IMG/VR virus record: IMGVR_UViG_2934543808_000001
Coordinates: 70,013 to 134,012 of that record
DNA: 64,000 nucleotides
Source of the DNA: a virus
Lineage: Duplodnaviria > Caudoviricetes
Direction: 5' to 3' (one strand)
Shown here: piece by piece, positions 18,230 to 27,831 of the stretch
How positions within the stretch are numbered: position 1 is the stretch's first letter
Layout: every line of letters starts with the position of its first letter
Program-made: the position numbers and the translations under genes
The notes under the pieces: generated by a model
Seen by the model: only the letters and a program-made list of their open reading frames with translations
The model's database searches: none
Told to the model about the DNA's origin: nothing

Positions 18230-19171
18230 TCAGAGGTAGGCGTAGGCGTCTCTCCAGGCGACCGTCATGTACGCCGTGCCGGTCTCGTCTGTGCCGCGCA
18301 GCACGAAGTCCTGGCGGCCGATCGGGACGCGCATGTCCGCCAGGCGGGGCGAACCCCGGTACAGCGATCCGGCGACGGAGGCGCTGCCGTTGCGCAGGAC
18401 GGTCCGTACCCAGGGGCGCGGGTCGATGACGACCCGTTCGCCGGCCCCCAGCGTGAGGTTGAGGCTCGCCTTCCAGCGGCCCACGACCTCGCACGCGGGT
18501 TGGGAGATGGGGCCGTAGATCGTGATGACGGGCCAGGCGGGCTTCGTGCCGCCGATCGTCACGTCGCTCGTCGGCCGGGACCCGCTCTCGCCCGTCATCG
18601 TCAACGGTGTCGTCAGGGGGCCGACCAGGCCGTAGTGCGGCGGGGGCACCAGGTCCACGCGCAGCCGCTGCTCCACGTCGTCGTAGGCGGTGTCATCCAG
18701 GCATGTGAAGGTGGCGACCACGGGGGTGTAGCCCTGGCGCGTCAGCCGAGAGCCGGCGGGGGCGCACTTCCTGGGTCGCCCGTAGAAGAGGCGGGCCCGG
18801 CCGCCCTGGGTGGTGCGCAGCACTGCGGGGGTGGCGAAGCGTCGGCGGACCGCTTCGGCGTCCCATGCCTGGAGCATCTTGGAGACGGCGCCGAGGTTGG
18901 CGCCGTGCCGTCCGTGCGCGTCGGCCGCGTCGTCCACGGTGTCGACGCCGACCTCGAAGGTGATGGTCGCCTGCGAGCGGAAGTCCTGGCCGAGGCGGAC
19001 TCCGTCCTCGCGGGGCATCGGGGTGTCTCCGGCGTCGGTGTCGCCGTAGGTGATTTCGTACGGCTCCAGCAGGTAGTAGCCGGTGCGGAACGTGCCGAAC
19101 GTGAAGTTGGCGGCCGGGTGCACGCCGTTCGAGCTGTACGACAGGTTCCACTCGCCCTCAGCCAGCGGCAT
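18230..19171 (-). CDS. Distal tail protein (Dit-like)
   Basis: Directly after the tape measure gene; GGAGG RBS before ATG 19171; WPVITIYGP and WRDAY terminus. Confidence 0.7.
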   Translation of the reverse strand: MPLAEGEWNLSYSSNGVHPAANFTFGTFRTGYYLLEPYEITYGDTDAGDTPMPREDGVRLGQDFRSQATITFEVGVDTVDDAADAHGRHGANLGAVSKMLQAWDAEAVRRRFATPAVLRTTQGGRARLFYGRPRKCAPAGSRLTRQGYTPVVATFTCLDDTAYDDVEQRLRVDLVPPPHYGLVGPLTTPLTMTGESGSRPTSDVTIGGTKPAWPVITIYGPISQPACEVVGRWKASLNLTLGAGERVVIDPRPWVRTVLRNGSASVAGSLYRGSPRLADMRVPIGRQDFVLRGTDETGTAYMTVAWRDAYAYL

Positions 19172-22100
19172 ACGCACCTCCGCGGCGGATGCGGCGCAGC
19201 TCGAACAGCGCGTCGCCAAGGGCTTCGCTTGGGGACATCGGGGCTCCGGTCATCGTGAGGTTGAGGTCGCCGCCGACGAGCGAGGTGTTCCCCGTGGGAA
19301 CAGCGCTCCGCGGGGCGGTGGTGGAGGTGCTGGCGCGGTGCATGGAGACGGCGCCGTTCGCGAAGGCGCTGAGGGCCCCTTGGCCGGGGTAGACGACCAT
19401 GCCGCCGAACATCCGGGCGACCTCATCGAGGATCATCTTGCTGCGCTTGCGCTTGGCTTTGGCCAAAGGCAGGTAAGCCTCGCCCCCGGTCTCGTCCTCC
19501 GCCCATATGCGCCATTCGCCCGCCTTTGCGATCTGGGCGACGTGGCGTTCGGTGCCGTTGGCGAAGGCGCGGATGCGGCTGCCCGCTGCGCGGATGCCGC
19601 CCTCGGCGTAGCGGAGGATGCCGCCGTTCGCCTGCGGGCGGCCGACCACGGACGGCTTGCCGGACTCCGAGTACTGGACGGTGACGTGCACCGTCTTGCC
19701 CGTGAGCCCGTTGATCTTCTCCTGGATGCGCTGGACCTGGGCCAGAGGTGTGGCGTTGGGGGCGGTGATCTCGATCTTCTTGCCCTTGAGCACCTTGACC
19801 TCGTAGCCGAGATCCTTCAGCTCCTCCTGGGCCAGCTTCGTCGGCGCCTCCATCTTGAGCTTCTTGCCGGCGGGGAGACCGGCCACCTTGTCGCGCACGC
19901 CGGTCAGGTCCGTGACGGCCTGCTTGACGAGGGTCTGGACGGTGACCTTCTTGTTCCCGGGCGTGGCCGCCAGGTCGCTGACGAGCGCGCCCAGGCTGGC
20001 CCTGGCCGTGCCGGTCGGCGCGGAGATGCTGACCTGCTTGCCGCCGGGCAGCTTGGTCACCTCGAACCCGAGGTTCTGCAACGCCGTGATGGCGGCGGCC
20101 GTCGGGGTCTTGACGGTGATCGTCTTGTTCGGGGGCAGGGCGAGGAGCTTGGTGGACAGGCTGAGGATGTCGGCCGTCACCTTCTCCATGCCGTTCGCCT
20201 GGAGCAGCACGGACACGGAGGACGGGATCAGGCCCATCTGGTTGGCGAGGCCGGCGGCCTGGTCCTTGGTCAGGCCGAGGTCGGTGCCGTACTTGATCGC
20301 CGCATCGCGTGCCTTCTGCACTTCGCCCTCCGCCATCTTCATGGCCTCGGGCAGGCTGATCTGGTGCTGCTTGGCCATCTCGAAGGCGGCGTTGGCCGCG
20401 TCGAGGCTGGAGTCCCGCAGCTCGGTGATGTGCTGGTTGTAGTCCTGGCCGGCGCGGGTGACGGTCCGCAGGCTGCCGTCCTGGTTGATCAGCTCCTTGT
20501 TGGCGTCCTTCAGTTCCTTCGTGTTGTTGGCGATGGCGTCGTTGACCGACAGGACGGCCGCGTTGACCCGGGTCTGCGCGTCGTGGAAGGACTGCGTGCC
20601 GCCGGTCAGCTCGTCCAGGGCCCGCTTCAGGCCGTCGACCCGCGAGTCGGCGGTGGCGGTCGCGCTCGACATGCCTTCCACCGCGGTCTTCAGCCGGGTG
20701 AAGGAGTCGGTGCCCTTGTTGCCGCTGGTGTTGGTGGCGTCCGCGAACTCCTTGTACTTCTGCTTGCCCTTCTCCAGCTCGCCGCTCATGCCCGACAGGG
20801 CGTCGGCGGCGGCCTTGTACTCCTTGCCCTTGTCGGTCATGACCTGCTTGCTCGCCTTGCCGCCGGCGACGTCCTCCCAGTGGAGGGTGGCGTCGGCGGC
20901 GTCGCGGAGCTGCTTCTCCAGCTTCTCCAGGCCGTCGCCGTCGTCCAGGTAGGCGTCGGTCAACTGCCGGAGGTTGATGCCCGCGTCGCGCATCGCGTCC
21001 ACGAGCTTGCCCTTGCCGTCGGCGAGGTCGGCGTCCTGGAGGAGCTGCGCGGCCTGCGCCCTGACATTGGCGTCGATCGCGCCGTTGGAGTCCCGCAGGG
21101 CGGTCGCGAGGGAGCTGATGCGCTCCTTGTGGGCCTCGGTCGCGCGCGCGGCCTTCTCCTGGCTGTTCGCCCACAGGCCGATGAGGATGGTGCCCGCGGT
21201 GATCGCTGCTGCCCACGGGCCGCCGAGGGCGGTGACCATGCCGCCGAGGGCCGTCTTGAGGCCGCCGCCCGCGACGCGGATGGCGCCCATGGACCCGGAC
21301 AGCCGCCGGCCGTCGGCCGCCGCGGTGCGGTAGGTCGAGCCCATCCGCTGCCACATCGTGGTCTGCGTGGCGACGCCCGCCGCGCTGGTGGTCGAGACGG
21401 TGCCCACTTGGCGGATCGACCCGACGAGGCCCTGCACGCCGCGCGAGATGCTGGTGGCGACCCTCAGCATGAGCAGGCCGCCGAGGAAGGCGCCCAGGGC
21501 GAAGCTGGCTCCGGGGATCACGTTCATGATCCCGTTGAAGATGTTCAGCAGCCCGTTCAGCGCCTGGAGGAGCGCGCCGAGACCGAGCCCGGCCGAGGAC
21601 AGGGACGCGATGGCGCTGGCGATGTTGGAGATCAGGCCGATGACGGCCGGTCCGACCGAGCCGCCGATGGAGTCGAGGAAGGCGCCGACCGCCGGCATCA
21701 GCTCCGTACGGATCTGGCGGACCAGGTCCGTGACGCCGCTGTCGGTGGCCATGCGGCCGAGGCCGCGCACCAAGTCCCCGACGAGCGCGTTGAGCTCGTG
21801 GAAGGTGGGGGCTGCGTCGCTGAAGAACTTCTTCATCGACTTCTGGCCCTCGCCCGAGTTCGCCCAGCGGTTGAACCGCTGCATGGCGCCTTCGAGGCCG
21901 TCGAGGAGGGCGTTGCCGGAGTCCATCCCGGCGCGGGCCACGCCCGCGATGCCCTTGCCGAGTTCGAGGGTTGTGCGGCCGAGCTGCTTGGCCTTGTCGG
22001 CGGCGTGGTCGAGGAATTTGCCGAGAGAGCCGGTCTCGCGCCCGGCCTGCGCGGACGCGCGAACCCAGAGAGTGAACCTTTCTCCGGCCTCGGCGACGCG

Positions 22101-23186
22101 CTCCACGAACGGCCCGCTCGCCACGAGGAAGTGCCCGGCCGCCGCCGCGAGGTTGGCGACGCCGTCCGTGACGTTGCCGATGACCTTGCTGTTGGACGCG
22201 GCGACCGTCTTGAAGTCCTTGGCGAACGGGCCGCTCTGCATGGCGTCCGCGCCGCGCTTCGCGAGGTTGCCCATCTGCCCGGCGGCGTCGCCGAGGGCGC
22301 CCTTCAGCAGCGGCAGGACCGCCGACGACAGGGGCTTGATCTCGTCGGAGATCTTCGAGAAGAAGCGTTCCTGCACGGACTGCTTCATCGAGCGCCACTC
22401 GCCGCTCAGGCTCGCGACGGTCTTCACCGTGGCGCGTGCGGACGTGGAGAGCCCCTTCAGGGACTCGTCCAGCGCCTTCTGCTGGGCCTCGGTGAGCTTG
22501 GTGCCGGCGGCGAGCTGCTGCTGCGCCTTGAGGGTCTGCTTCAGGGCCTCGCCGAAGCCACCGAAGGCGACCTTGGTGGCGATGGCCGCGGTACCGCCCG
22601 CGAGGATCAGGCCGGGGATGGCGCCCAGGACACCGACGGCGGGCGCCGCGGCGGACACCAGGGCGGTGAGCGCGGCGCCGTACTGGGTGATGGCGGCGAT
22701 GGCGGGCTGCGCGACCGAGACGAGCGCGCCCATCGCGAGCATGCGCAACTTGCCGCGCCCGCCCCGGCCGCCGCCCATGCTGAACTGGAACGGGACGTTG
22801 ACGGGCTGGGCGTCGGCTTCGTCCTGCGCCCCGCGCAGCAGCCGGCGGATGCGGCCGAGCAGCCCGCCGCCGGTGTCGCCTTCGTCGTCCGGCCGTACGG
22901 GTACGCGGACGTCGCTGTCGGCGACGCGGCGGGCGACTTCGTCCAACTCCCCGCGCAGGCCGTCGCGGTCGACGCGGACGTTGACCGTGGCGGTGACGCC
23001 CTTGGATGCCTTCTCGACGGCCTTCTTCAGGCGCTTCCGCAGGCCCTTGTCGTCGATCTCGACCTTGACCTTGGCGGCCAGGCCCTCGGCGGCGGCTTCG
23101 ACCTTGGTCCGCAGCTCGGCCGCGAAGCCGTCGAGCACCGAGACGACCGTGACCTCAAGGCGGCCGGCCTGCAACCCCTCAGCCAT
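19158..23186 (-). CDS. Tape measure protein
   Basis: 1342 aa, Ala/Gly/Leu-rich and helical, central hydrophobic segments, C-terminal ANGG...WAEDETGGEAYLPL motif; follows the tail chaperones. Confidence 0.9.
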   Translation of the reverse strand: MAEGLQAGRLEVTVVSVLDGFAAELRTKVEAAAEGLAAKVKVEIDDKGLRKRLKKAVEKASKGVTATVNVRVDRDGLRGELDEVARRVADSDVRVPVRPDDEGDTGGGLLGRIRRLLRGAQDEADAQPVNVPFQFSMGGGRGGRGKLRMLAMGALVSVAQPAIAAITQYGAALTALVSAAAPAVGVLGAIPGLILAGGTAAIATKVAFGGFGEALKQTLKAQQQLAAGTKLTEAQQKALDESLKGLSTSARATVKTVASLSGEWRSMKQSVQERFFSKISDEIKPLSSAVLPLLKGALGDAAGQMGNLAKRGADAMQSGPFAKDFKTVAASNSKVIGNVTDGVANLAAAAGHFLVASGPFVERVAEAGERFTLWVRASAQAGRETGSLGKFLDHAADKAKQLGRTTLELGKGIAGVARAGMDSGNALLDGLEGAMQRFNRWANSGEGQKSMKKFFSDAAPTFHELNALVGDLVRGLGRMATDSGVTDLVRQIRTELMPAVGAFLDSIGGSVGPAVIGLISNIASAIASLSSAGLGLGALLQALNGLLNIFNGIMNVIPGASFALGAFLGGLLMLRVATSISRGVQGLVGSIRQVGTVSTTSAAGVATQTTMWQRMGSTYRTAAADGRRLSGSMGAIRVAGGGLKTALGGMVTALGGPWAAAITAGTILIGLWANSQEKAARATEAHKERISSLATALRDSNGAIDANVRAQAAQLLQDADLADGKGKLVDAMRDAGINLRQLTDAYLDDGDGLEKLEKQLRDAADATLHWEDVAGGKASKQVMTDKGKEYKAAADALSGMSGELEKGKQKYKEFADATNTSGNKGTDSFTRLKTAVEGMSSATATADSRVDGLKRALDELTGGTQSFHDAQTRVNAAVLSVNDAIANNTKELKDANKELINQDGSLRTVTRAGQDYNQHITELRDSSLDAANAAFEMAKQHQISLPEAMKMAEGEVQKARDAAIKYGTDLGLTKDQAAGLANQMGLIPSSVSVLLQANGMEKVTADILSLSTKLLALPPNKTITVKTPTAAAITALQNLGFEVTKLPGGKQVSISAPTGTARASLGALVSDLAATPGNKKVTVQTLVKQAVTDLTGVRDKVAGLPAGKKLKMEAPTKLAQEELKDLGYEVKVLKGKKIEITAPNATPLAQVQRIQEKINGLTGKTVHVTVQYSESGKPSVVGRPQANGGILRYAEGGIRAAGSRIRAFANGTERHVAQIAKAGEWRIWAEDETGGEAYLPLAKAKRKRSKMILDEVARMFGGMVVYPGQGALSAFANGAVSMHRASTSTTAPRSAVPTGNTSLVGGDLNLTMTGAPMSPSEALGDALFELRRIRRGGAYAAG
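19286..19302. promoter_or_regulatory. 17-bp parS-like palindrome, copy 4 (inside the tape measure CDS)
   Basis: TGTTCCCCGTGGGAACA, read as VPTGN in the gene. Confidence 0.6.
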
Positions 23187-23616
23187 TGGGGCGCACCATT
23201 CCTCTCCGGGCGGCAGCCGCGAGCATCTTGCGGTGCCCGTTCATGGGGGCGGGCTGCTGCTGCGCCGGAGCGCTGTTCCCCGTGGGAACAGTCGAGTCGG
23301 ACGGCGTCGGGTAGGGCCGGGCGATCGTCCGGTGCTCCTTGCGGCGCCGGTCGGCGGCGAGCAGCGAGACTTCCTCGATGAGCTGCGCCAGGAGTTCGGT
23401 GTGGACCGTCCAGCCGCCTATGGGGCCGGAGGCGACGCGGGACTCCTCGGGCAGGCCGTCGAGGTACGAGATCAGCCGTCGGAGTCCGATGAAGCCGGGC
23501 TGTCCTGGGCGGAGCCAGACGCCTCGGGCGTCGAGTCCGTTGTGGAATCGGGAGAGGTCGGACTCGACGTCGCGGAAGCGTTCGCGGAGGAGGTGCCCGA
23601 CCTGAAGAGCTTTCCC
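23179..23616 (-). CDS. Tail assembly chaperone -1 frameshift extension (gpGT-like)
   Basis: GGGAAAG slippery site at 23610-23616. The -1 frame is open (ALQVGHLLRERFRDVESDLSRFH...LISYLDGLPEESR...RGMVRPNG*) and overlaps the tape measure ATG. Confidence 0.85.
   Translation of the reverse strand, partial: GKALQVGHLLRERFRDVESDLSRFHNGLDARGVWLRPGQPGFIGLRRLISYLDGLPEESRVASGPIGGWTVHTELLAQLIEEVSLLAADRRRKEHRTIARPYPTPSDSTVPTGNSAPAQQQPAPMNGHRKMLAAAARRGMVRPNG
23274..23290. promoter_or_regulatory. 17-bp parS-like palindrome, copy 5
   Basis: TGTTCCCCGTGGGAACA. Confidence 0.6.
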
Positions 23617-24002
23617 AGGTCCACCCCGTAGACCTGGCCGAGGGCCTTCGTGAGGCGGACGTAGTCGGGGATGGACGGCCGTACGGCCTTGAAGTCCTTG
23701 TAGGTGTCCTCGCCGAGGAGTTCCTTGTAGATCTCCTTGACCGCCTCGTAGAACCGGGCGGGGAGCTGCGGGCGCCGGAAGATCAGCTCCACGATCTCGC
23801 CGGTCGTGGTGGTGCCGCTCTCCGCGTTGACGATGTCGCGGAGGATGCCCATGAGGTCCAGCTCGTCGGAGAACAGCGGATCGAGGCAGTCGGCCGGGAT
23901 CTCGGCCGGGAAGATGAACTGCTCGCCGCGCAGCTTCACGGGGATGCCGTTCGGGTACTGCACCTCGCGACGCTCGGCGTCGAGGTCAATCACGAAACTC
24001 AT
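23472..24002 (-). CDS. Tail assembly chaperone (gpG-like)
   Basis: MSFVIDLDAERRE; GGAGG RBS; carries the slippery site at LGK. Confidence 0.8.
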   Translation of the reverse strand: MSFVIDLDAERREVQYPNGIPVKLRGEQFIFPAEIPADCLDPLFSDELDLMGILRDIVNAESGTTTTGEIVELIFRRPQLPARFYEAVKEIYKELLGEDTYKDFKAVRPSIPDYVRLTKALGQVYGVDLGKLFRSGTSSANASATSSPTSPDSTTDSTPEASGSAQDSPASSDSDG

Positions 24003-24039
24003 GGGGTGGTCCTCCCGGGTGGGGTGTCGAAGCCCGGGG

Positions 24040-24072
24040 AAGGTAGGAGGACCACGCGGCTAGCGTCTCGGG
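24040..24072 (-). promoter_or_regulatory. Late-promoter motif copy (tail chaperone)
   Basis: CCCGAGACGCTAG; TACCTT 19 nt after GAC. Confidence 0.65.
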
Positions 24073-24117
24073 CCGACGGCACGAACACGGCCGGACGCCG
24101 CGCCGCCGGCCTTTTCC

Positions 24118-24131
24118 TATCAACCTTGATA
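24118..24131. promoter_or_regulatory. AT-rich palindrome TATCAA-CC-TTGATA (operator candidate)
   Basis: The same site recurs reversed at 28586-28599. Confidence 0.5.
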
Positions 24132-24150
24132 CCTAGAACCGGCTGGGCGG

Positions 24151-24167
24151 TGTTCCCACGGGGAACG
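24151..24167. promoter_or_regulatory. 17-bp parS-like palindrome, copy 6 (upstream of parB)
   Basis: TGTTCCCACGGGGAACG. Confidence 0.65.
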
Positions 24168-24263
24168 CCCGGCCGCGTGTTCCTGGCATCTGGGCGCAGA
24201 CCCGGGGGGTCTGGCGGATAGCCTCTATCGCGTTCACATCGTCACGGCATCGCAAGGAGCAGC

Positions 24264-25712
24264 GTGGCCCTGCAAGTAGTCAAACCGAAGAAGACTGCGG
24301 CAAAGCCGCCCAAGTCGGGTGACGACAAGCCCAAGTCCGAGCTGTACAAGCGCGTCCACCAGAACGGGGACGTGATCGAGGTCCCCGTCGAGGACATCGA
24401 CGCGAACCCGTTCAACGACCGCGAGATGGTCGACCTGGACCAACTCGCGGAGTCCATCCGCGAGGACGGTCTCCTCAGCCCGGTCACCCTGATCCGCCGC
24501 ACGACGTTCGCGGAAGCCCACCCGGATGCGGCTGAAGGGCTGACGAAGGAATGGGTCCTCGGCCCGGGTGAGCACCGGTGGCGAGCGTCGATGCTCGCGG
24601 AGCAGCGGACGATTCGCGGCATCCTCCGCGACGACCTGGCGCCGAAGATCCGCGGCATCCTCCTGCTGGAGAACGTCTACCGGACCGACCCCAGCCCCAT
24701 GGAGAAGGCGCGGCAGATCAACGACGCCATGGAGAAGGACGGTCTGTCGATCCGCGAGGCCGCCCGCATCCTCAAGATGGGCTCCACCAGCGTCCACAAG
24801 CTGACCGAGCTGCTGAAGCTGCCTGCCGACGCGGCCGAAGCCGTGCACCGGGGCACGCTGGTTCCCACGCACGCCCGGAAGCTGCTGACGCTGGACGACC
24901 CGCAGTCGGTGAGCCGGGCCTACCAGCTCATGGAGCAGCGCGGGTTGAAGGTGGACGAAGCGGTCCGCCTGGTCCTCGCCGGGGCGGATGCCGGGAACGA
25001 CGAGGCCGAGGACGAGACCGCGCCTTCCGAGGAGCCCTCCGCCTCCGGAGGTTCGGAGTTGGAGCCGGCAGGCGGCGGAGTCCCAGCGCAGACCCGGGTC
25101 GAGACCACCGAAGAGGAACCGGCACCGGACGCGCCGGAGAACGAGGACCAGCCCGAGGGCGAGGACGAAGCCGAGGAGAAGACCGAGCCGGCCGCCGCGC
25201 CGAGGCCACCAGCCGTCCGCAAGTCCCCGAAGGCAACGGCGACCACCGACCCGTACGCGGCCGAGCGGGACACCGCGTCGGCCGACCGGGATGCCGCCTG
25301 CTGGTCCCTCCTCCAGCGTGACGTCTACGCGACAGCCGATCAGGTCGCCGGCACGATGGCCCGTGCTCTGCTCGTGCCCTTCAAGCAGGAGGCCGCGCGG
25401 GCGAAGGCGCACGTCTGGCTGCGGAAGGCCAACAAGCTCAGTTTCGACGTGAGCAACGCCGACGCGTACCACCAGGCGGTACTCTCCTCGCGCGATCCGG
25501 AGCTGATCGCCCGCGTCACGTTCGCCACCGCACTCGCCGCGAGCGAGATCCGCGCAGCCGACCGCCGCCGTCGCACCTGGGACCAGCACGACGCCGCCCA
25601 CGTCCAACTCCTCATCGAGAGCACCGGCTACGTCCCGGAGACGGACTGGGAAATGCGAGAGCTGACCCGGCACAACGTGTCCGTCCCCGAGAAGCAGCCC
25701 ACCGAAGGCTGA
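24264..25712 (+). CDS. parB: ParB/RepB/Spo0J partition protein
   Basis: IDANPFNDR, LAESIREDGLLSPV, GEHRWRA (CTP-binding GxxRxxA), LLENVYRTDPSPMEKA and an HTH; AAGGAG RBS. Confidence 0.9.
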   Translation: MALQVVKPKKTAAKPPKSGDDKPKSELYKRVHQNGDVIEVPVEDIDANPFNDREMVDLDQLAESIREDGLLSPVTLIRRTTFAEAHPDAAEGLTKEWVLGPGEHRWRASMLAEQRTIRGILRDDLAPKIRGILLLENVYRTDPSPMEKARQINDAMEKDGLSIREAARILKMGSTSVHKLTELLKLPADAAEAVHRGTLVPTHARKLLTLDDPQSVSRAYQLMEQRGLKVDEAVRLVLAGADAGNDEAEDETAPSEEPSASGGSELEPAGGGVPAQTRVETTEEEPAPDAPENEDQPEGEDEAEEKTEPAAAPRPPAVRKSPKATATTDPYAAERDTASADRDAACWSLLQRDVYATADQVAGTMARALLVPFKQEAARAKAHVWLRKANKLSFDVSNADAYHQAVLSSRDPELIARVTFATALAASEIRAADRRRRTWDQHDAAHVQLLIESTGYVPETDWEMRELTRHNVSVPEKQPTEG

Positions 25713-25748
25713 GCCCCCTCGCCCTCCCGATCTACCCGGAGCACACCA

Positions 25749-26681
25749 ATGAGCACAGCCAAAACCACGCTCGTCACCCATAGGGACCTGCGGCCCCGCG
25801 GGCGCCTCCACCCCCTGATCCTGGCGATGGTCCTCGCCGCAGGCGGGACGGCCAAGACCAGTACGACGACCATCCTCGGGACGATCCTCGCGCTCCGCGG
25901 GTACATCGTCCGCATCTTCGACCTGGACCCCCAGTGCAACACCTCGGAGATCCTGGGTCGCCGCGAGGAGCACAAGGAGCCGGACCAGAAGACGGTGTGG
26001 GACCTCATCCAGGGCCTGTGCACGCTGGAAGAGGCCACGGTCCCGGCCCGCTACCGGACGGGGTACGACGAGGACGGCGACCCGATCTTCGCGGAAGTCC
26101 CCAACATGTTCGTGGTGCACGGCGACAGTCAACTCACCGACACCGACACCCTCCTGGCCAACAAGCCGAACAAGTTCAGTTGGTTCTACAACTTGACCGG
26201 GCAGTACACCAAGGGCGCCCTGGTCGCTGACGAGCGTGAGGTCTGGCTGCTGGACCTGCCCGCGAACTACGGCAAGCTCACGCTCAGCACCCTGTTCGGC
26301 CTGACCGAGGACGACGAGGTGATCCCGCCCCTGCTGGTCACTGGCAAGGAGTCCGGGGCGCTGGAGAAGCTGCTGCGGGAGCTGCTGCGCATGCAGAAGG
26401 AGTTCGCCGGCGACATGGCGCCCGCGGCACCGACCGTGAAGAACATCCTGCTGTGCGCGACTCCCACGTCGAGCCACAACGCGCAGGAGTACCACGACAC
26501 CGTCGAGGAGGTAGAGCGCGACTACCCGGGCATGGTCCTGCCGCACGTCCGGCACAGCGGCGTGACTGCGAAGCAGTACCGCCGCCAGGTCACGCCGCCG
26601 ATCTCGGACCCGAAGTCGGCGCCGTCAGTGGACTACGAGAAGGTCGCTGACGCGCTCGGCTTCCCGGACCTGGAGCCGTAA
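25749..26681 (+). CDS. parA: ParA family ATPase
   Basis: AGGTAKTSTT (deviant Walker A), IFDLDPQCNTS, LLDLP and SVDYEKVA. Confidence 0.85.
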   Translation: MSTAKTTLVTHRDLRPRGRLHPLILAMVLAAGGTAKTSTTTILGTILALRGYIVRIFDLDPQCNTSEILGRREEHKEPDQKTVWDLIQGLCTLEEATVPARYRTGYDEDGDPIFAEVPNMFVVHGDSQLTDTDTLLANKPNKFSWFYNLTGQYTKGALVADEREVWLLDLPANYGKLTLSTLFGLTEDDEVIPPLLVTGKESGALEKLLRELLRMQKEFAGDMAPAAPTVKNILLCATPTSSHNAQEYHDTVEEVERDYPGMVLPHVRHSGVTAKQYRRQVTPPISDPKSAPSVDYEKVADALGFPDLEP

Positions 26682-26693
26682 CCCGCACACGCC

Positions 26694-26748
26694 CAAGGCC
26701 CGTACCGATCGTGGAAGTCGGCATCTCCCACGCCCGGTACGGGCCTTG
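26694..26748. terminator. Bidirectional terminator between parA and the major tail gene
   Basis: CAAGGCCCGTACCG ... CGGTACGGGCCTTG, 14-bp inverted repeat between convergent genes. Confidence 0.7.
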
Positions 26749-26766
26749 TCGTTGTACCCGCCCAGG

Positions 26767-27360
26767 TTACGCGGCCTCTGCGAACGCGGGGTCGTTGGTG
26801 ATCAAGTACCAGGCGTCCGAGTCGTCACCGCCCTGGACGGCGAGGCGCAGCGGCAGGATCGACTCCTTCGCCTTCTGGAGGTCGGTCTGCACGCCCTCCA
26901 TCTGCATGGCTCGCGGGATGATGTACCGGTAGACCTTGGCGCCGTCGATGACCTCGATCACCGCGGCGATCTCGGTACGGCCGCCGATCCGCGGCGGCGC
27001 GAACTTGTAGTGCTTAGCCCCGGTACCGCCTGCCGCCGGGGTGATCTCCGAGATGGTGCCGCCGCCGAATACGGCCTTGAAGTTCTTGGCGTTCCACTGC
27101 TGGAGGTCGACTTCGATCGTGGCCGAGTCGGAGGTCTGGAAGGTGCGGGAAGGGAAGTCGGTCTGGGCCGACTTCACCTGTTCGAACTGGGGCTCCTCGT
27201 TGAACTTGAGGCTGTCCTCGGTGGTCAGGCCGACCGAGTACCAGCCTTCCGGCATCGTGACGGTCGCGTCGGCGGGAGCCTCCGTGCCGACGACGGCGAG
27301 CCAGAGTCGGGTGCGTGCGGGGACGACAATCTGTGTCGCGTTGGTGATCTCGCCAGCCAT
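26767..27360 (-). CDS. Major tail (tube) protein
   Basis: ATG 27360 with GAGGAG RBS; LWLAVVGTEAP..W.SVGLTTEDSL motif; ends WYLITNDPAF. Confidence 0.85.
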   Translation of the reverse strand: MAGEITNATQIVVPARTRLWLAVVGTEAPADATVTMPEGWYSVGLTTEDSLKFNEEPQFEQVKSAQTDFPSRTFQTSDSATIEVDLQQWNAKNFKAVFGGGTISEITPAAGGTGAKHYKFAPPRIGGRTEIAAVIEVIDGAKVYRYIIPRAMQMEGVQTDLQKAKESILPLRLAVQGGDDSDAWYLITNDPAFAEAA

Positions 27361-27400
27361 GGCGGTGGGTCTCCTCGTGGCCAGGGGAAAGGGCCGGGCC

Positions 27401-27433
27401 ACGATGCGAAGGGCGGCTGGCTACCGTCCCGGG
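27401..27433 (-). promoter_or_regulatory. Late-promoter motif copy (major tail; overlaps the upstream TAG)
   Basis: CCCGGGACGGTAG; CATCGT 19 nt after GAC. Confidence 0.65.
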
Positions 27434-27831
27434 CTCAGAAGTGCGGCGGGCACGCCCACGACCTGGTCGTGGAGATGCGCGGCGCGGTCGGGGAACGGCG
27501 CAGGGCACGGCAGGAGTGCGGACGCCAGGGCCTCGGTGAGCGCCGCGGTGATCCGCTCCCGCTGGGCGTGCTCCTCGATGGCGCGGATGGTCCACTCGCA
27601 CTGGAGCGACGCGGGCGGCACGAGATGCCGGATGACGCGCAGGGGCACGGTGAACGTGGTGGTGAGCTGCACCGGCCAGCCCTCGGGGAGGAGCACGTCC
27701 AGGTCCTCGTCGGTCTCGAACGTCACGTCGTTGGCGTAGCCGACGTGCGTCCACGCGCCGGCGCCGTCCGGGTCCGTGCCCGCGGGGGCGATCCACACGC
27801 TGCCGCTGTTGGCCGGGTTGGTGAGGGTCAC
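27421..27831 (-). CDS. Hypothetical protein with a tail-tube-like N-terminus
   Basis: GTG 27831 overlaps the upstream TGA; GGAG RBS; SVWIAPAGT...WTHVGY resembles the start of tail tube proteins. Confidence 0.55.
   Translation of the reverse strand: MTLTNPANSGSVWIAPAGTDPDGAGAWTHVGYANDVTFETDEDLDVLLPEGWPVQLTTTFTVPLRVIRHLVPPASLQCEWTIRAIEEHAQRERITAALTEALASALLPCPAPFPDRAAHLHDQVVGVPAALLSPGR

Noticed and set aside
19083-23381. 1432-aa + strand ORF and 991-aa alternative-frame ORF
   Set aside because: Shadows of the tape measure gene; compositions are typical of non-coding frames in GC-rich DNA.
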